Positions 1 to 891 of a DNA stretch of 891 nucleotides are shown here, piece after piece. The stretch lies in sequence record AB841364.1; one strand, given 5' to 3'. The stretch is from a phage. The notes below the pieces were generated by a model. The model had not been told where the DNA came from, did not search any database, and worked only from the letters and a program-made list of their open reading frames with translations. The position numbers and the translations under genes are program-made. How positions within the stretch are numbered: position 1 is the stretch's first letter; every line of letters begins with the position of its first letter.

Positions 1-368
1 AGCTTGAAGGAAATACTAAGGCAAAGGTACTGCAAGTGCTCGCAACATTCGCTTATGCGGATTATTGCCGTAGTGCCGCGACGCCGGGCGCAAGATGCAG
101 AGATTGCCACGGTACAGGTCGTGCGGTTGATATAGCCAAAACAGAGCAGTGGGGGAGAGTTGTCGAGAAAGAGTGCGGAAGATGCAAAGGCGTCGGCTAT
201 TCAAGGATGCCAGCAAGCGCAGCATATCGCGCTGTAACGATGCTAATCCCAAACCTTACTCAACCCACCTGGTCACGCACTGTTAAGCCGCTGTATGACG
301 CTCTGGTGGTGCAATGCCACAAGGAAGAGTCAATTGCAGACAACATTTTGAATGCGGTCACACGTTAG
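1..368 (+). CDS. Q: Late-gene antiterminator Q (lambda-type), C-terminal ~121 codons; 5' end truncated by window edge; stop TAG 366-368
   Basis: The + frame is open from the window edge (codons phased from nt 3) to TAG at 366-368; the GTG at 36 in the ORF track is internal, not the true start. The translation ...LEGNTKAKVLQVLATFAYADYCRSAATPGARCRDCHGTGRAVDIAKTEQWGRVVEKECGRCKGVGYSRMPASAAYRAVTMLIPNLTQPTWSRTVKPLYDALVVQCHKEESIADNILNAVTR matches, from memory, the C-terminal part of phage lambda Q. It includes a CxxC-x22-CxxC zinc-binding motif (Cys codons 96-98, 105-107, 174-176, 183-185). A pR'/qut-type promoter immediately downstream is the expected context. Exact identity to lambda Q is not verified. 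Confidence 0.92.
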   Translation, partial: LEGNTKAKVLQVLATFAYADYCRSAATPGARCRDCHGTGRAVDIAKTEQWGRVVEKECGRCKGVGYSRMPASAAYRAVTMLIPNLTQPTWSRTVKPLYDALVVQCHKEESIADNILNAVTR

Positions 369-410
369 CAGCATGATTGCCACGGATGGCAACATATTAA
401 CGGCATGATA

Positions 411-439
411 TTGACTTATTGAATAAAGTTGGGTAAATT
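411..439 (+). promoter_or_regulatory. Late promoter pR'-type sigma70 promoter: -35 TTGACT (411-416), 17-bp spacer, -10 TAAATT (434-439); predicted start ~446-447. The spacer is where Q-binding elements lie in lambda.
   Basis: Near-consensus -35 and a -10-like hexamer at optimal 17-bp spacing, 43 bp downstream of the Q stop codon. The arrangement TTGACTTATTGAATAAAGTTGGGTAAATTTGACTCAACGATGG matches the lambda pR'/qut region as I recall it, with a possible single-base difference in the spacer that I cannot verify. Confidence 0.8.
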
Positions 440-445
440 TGACTC

Positions 446-462
446 AACGATGGATAAATGCA
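446..462 (+). promoter_or_regulatory. Promoter-proximal sigma70-dependent pause element (-10-like AACGAT at 446-451) with expected pause position about +16/+17 (461-462); downstream half of the qut site
   Basis: AACGAT sits immediately at the predicted transcription start, as in lambda pR', where sigma70 re-binds this -10-like non-template sequence and pauses RNA polymerase for Q loading (established for lambda). It is followed by a second -10-like stretch, TGGATAAAT (451-459). Confidence 0.6.
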
Positions 463-472
463 CTCGTTAAAT

Positions 473-503
473 AAAGCCCTGAGTTAATAGCTCGGGGCTT
501 TTT
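473..503 (+). terminator. Intrinsic (rho-independent) terminator, tR'-like: A-tract 473-475, stem 476-483 / 491-498 (GCCCUGAG / CUCGGGGC, 8 bp with one G-U), 7-nt loop, U-tract 499-503
   Basis: GC-rich hairpin directly followed by TTTTT, with a complementary AAA upstream. It lies about +30 to +58 from the pR' start, the expected place for the terminator that Q-modified polymerase must read through. Confidence 0.75.
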
Positions 504-568
504 GCGTTTGCACAACAGGTAAGAGCATTCTCCCTTATGGGGCTTGGCTTAAATGCACCGAGTGCTCT

Positions 569-597
569 TATCGTTGTGGCAGCACAACGATAGTTTT
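569..597 (+). terminator. Candidate second intrinsic terminator or operator-like palindrome: perfect 10-bp inverted repeat TATCGTTGTG (569-578) / CACAACGATA (583-592), 4-nt loop GCAG, then G + TTTT (593-597)
   Basis: The perfect inverted repeat is seen directly. The stem is only 40% GC and the T-tract is short and separated by one G, so terminator strength is uncertain. Confidence 0.35.
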
Positions 598-642
598 CGT
601 CAGANTTGGCGACTTTGCGGGTTTTTAGAAACTGACCACAAA

Positions 643-659
643 GATAAATGCAAACGATG
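643..659 (+). repeat. Distal copy of pause-region motifs: GATAAATGCA (643-652, identical to 453-462) followed by AACGATG (653-659, identical to 446-452), in swapped order relative to the promoter-proximal copy
   Basis: Exact 10-mer and 7-mer matches seen directly in the sequence. Function unknown. Confidence 0.5.
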
Positions 660-779
660 ATTTGATGTTGATGGCGGCCTAAGAAACCAAAATCACGGGG
701 TCTTCCGACTCCCCGCTACCAAATTCGGCGCACTGGCCCGGTGTGATTAATAATGGGCACCCATTCAAATGTACCCTCG

Positions 780-804
780 GCAGGTTCGATTCCTGACTAN
801 ACCC
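780..804 (+). other. tRNA-like T-arm and 3' fragment (GCAGG-TTCGATT-CCTGA, then CTANACCC); not a foldable complete tRNA
   Basis: GGTTCGATTCC (783-793) is a canonical T-stem/T-loop motif (G53 T54 T55 C56 R57 A58 .. C61), and GCAGGTTCGATTCCTG resembles the T-arm of E. coli tRNA-Arg genes as I recall them. No acceptor, D or anticodon arms could be built from the upstream 50 nt. The region contains an N and lies in the low-quality tail of the read. Confidence 0.25.
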
Positions 805-891
805 AGATGGCGACGGGGAGGGTCCAATTGAGTGGGTAACAACGGGCATGTCGCCNTANTAAATCCCTCAAGGGTGCGACGCATANACCNG

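Larger units (their letters stand above)
446..503 (+). ncRNA. Short terminated pR' leader transcript (~55-60 nt), functional analogue of the lambda 6S RNA made when Q is absent
   Basis: Inferred from the promoter start at ~446 and the terminator ending at ~503. No coding potential (the only ATG-initiated frame is 9 codons). Ends are predictions, not mapped. Confidence 0.4.

Noticed and set aside
16-252. 78-aa ORF on the minus strand from the six-frame track
   Set aside because: It lies entirely antisense to the strongly supported Q coding region, its product has no recognisable motif, and no promoter or ribosome-binding context is evident. Most likely a chance antisense ORF.
36-368. ORF-track start at GTG 36 for the + strand ORF
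   Set aside because: The reading frame is open all the way to the window edge and the upstream in-frame residues (LEGNTKAKVLQ) are part of the Q protein. The real start is upstream of the window, so GTG at 36 is an internal Val codon.
458-487. 9-codon ATG-initiated frame inside the leader (MHSLNKALS)
   Set aside because: Too short, no Shine-Dalgarno sequence, and it overlaps the terminator hairpin. Treated as non-coding leader.
632-649. Possible sigma70 promoter (CTGACC as -35, GATAAAT as -10)
   Set aside because: The spacer would be only about 5-6 bp and the -10 candidate lacks the key conserved positions. More consistent with a pause-like or repeat element than a promoter.
753-764. Near-palindromic 12-mer ATGGGCACCCAT
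   Set aside because: Imperfect at the centre and too short to distinguish from chance; no flanking context suggests an operator.
732-804. Complete tRNA gene ending at the T-arm
   Set aside because: I tried placing acceptor, D and anticodon arms with 4- or 5-nt variable loops. No acceptor-stem complement to CTANACC and no 5-bp anticodon stem could be found, so only the T-arm is reported.
753-839. ATG-initiated frame of about 28 codons spanning the tRNA-like motif
   Set aside because: No ribosome-binding site upstream, it contains an ambiguous TAN codon that may be a stop, and it lies in the low-quality tail. No support for a real gene.
806-855. Inverted repeat GGCGAC (809-814) / GTCGCC (850-855) with a 35-nt spacer
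   Set aside because: Short arms, long spacer, no adjacent T-tract, and located where N calls begin. Could easily be chance or base-calling noise.
369-891. CRISPR array, insertion-sequence ends or other mobile-element signatures
   Set aside because: No regularly spaced direct repeats and no terminal inverted repeats of IS type. The only repeats are the short promoter and pause-associated motifs described above.

Overview
This 891-nt window is the late-gene control region of a lambdoid phage or prophage, read on the + strand. It appears to be a single-pass read of a cloned HindIII fragment (starts with the half-site AGCTT; N calls at 605, 800, 856, 859, 886, 890), so everything past about nt 600 is less reliable. 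Nt 1-368 encode the C-terminal ~121 residues of a lambda-type Q antiterminator, with the 5' end cut by the window edge. Downstream lie the late promoter pR' (-35 TTGACT 411-416, -10 TAAATT 434-439), the AACGAT pause element of qut at the transcript start (~446), and a strong intrinsic terminator at 473-503. From memory of the lambda sequence, Q, pR' and the pause element are lambda-like, but the leader diverges from lambda after about +8 and is far shorter than lambda's ~194-nt 6S RNA, so this looks like a mosaic lambdoid relative rather than lambda itself. The remaining 390 nt have no convincing ORF. They contain a perfect 10-bp inverted repeat followed by a T-tract (569-597), a second copy of the pause-region motifs (643-659), and an isolated tRNA-like T-arm (780-796) that does not fold into a complete tRNA. 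I see no evidence of a novel protein-coding system here; the points of interest are regulatory and mosaic-junction features, all needing database alignment to confirm.
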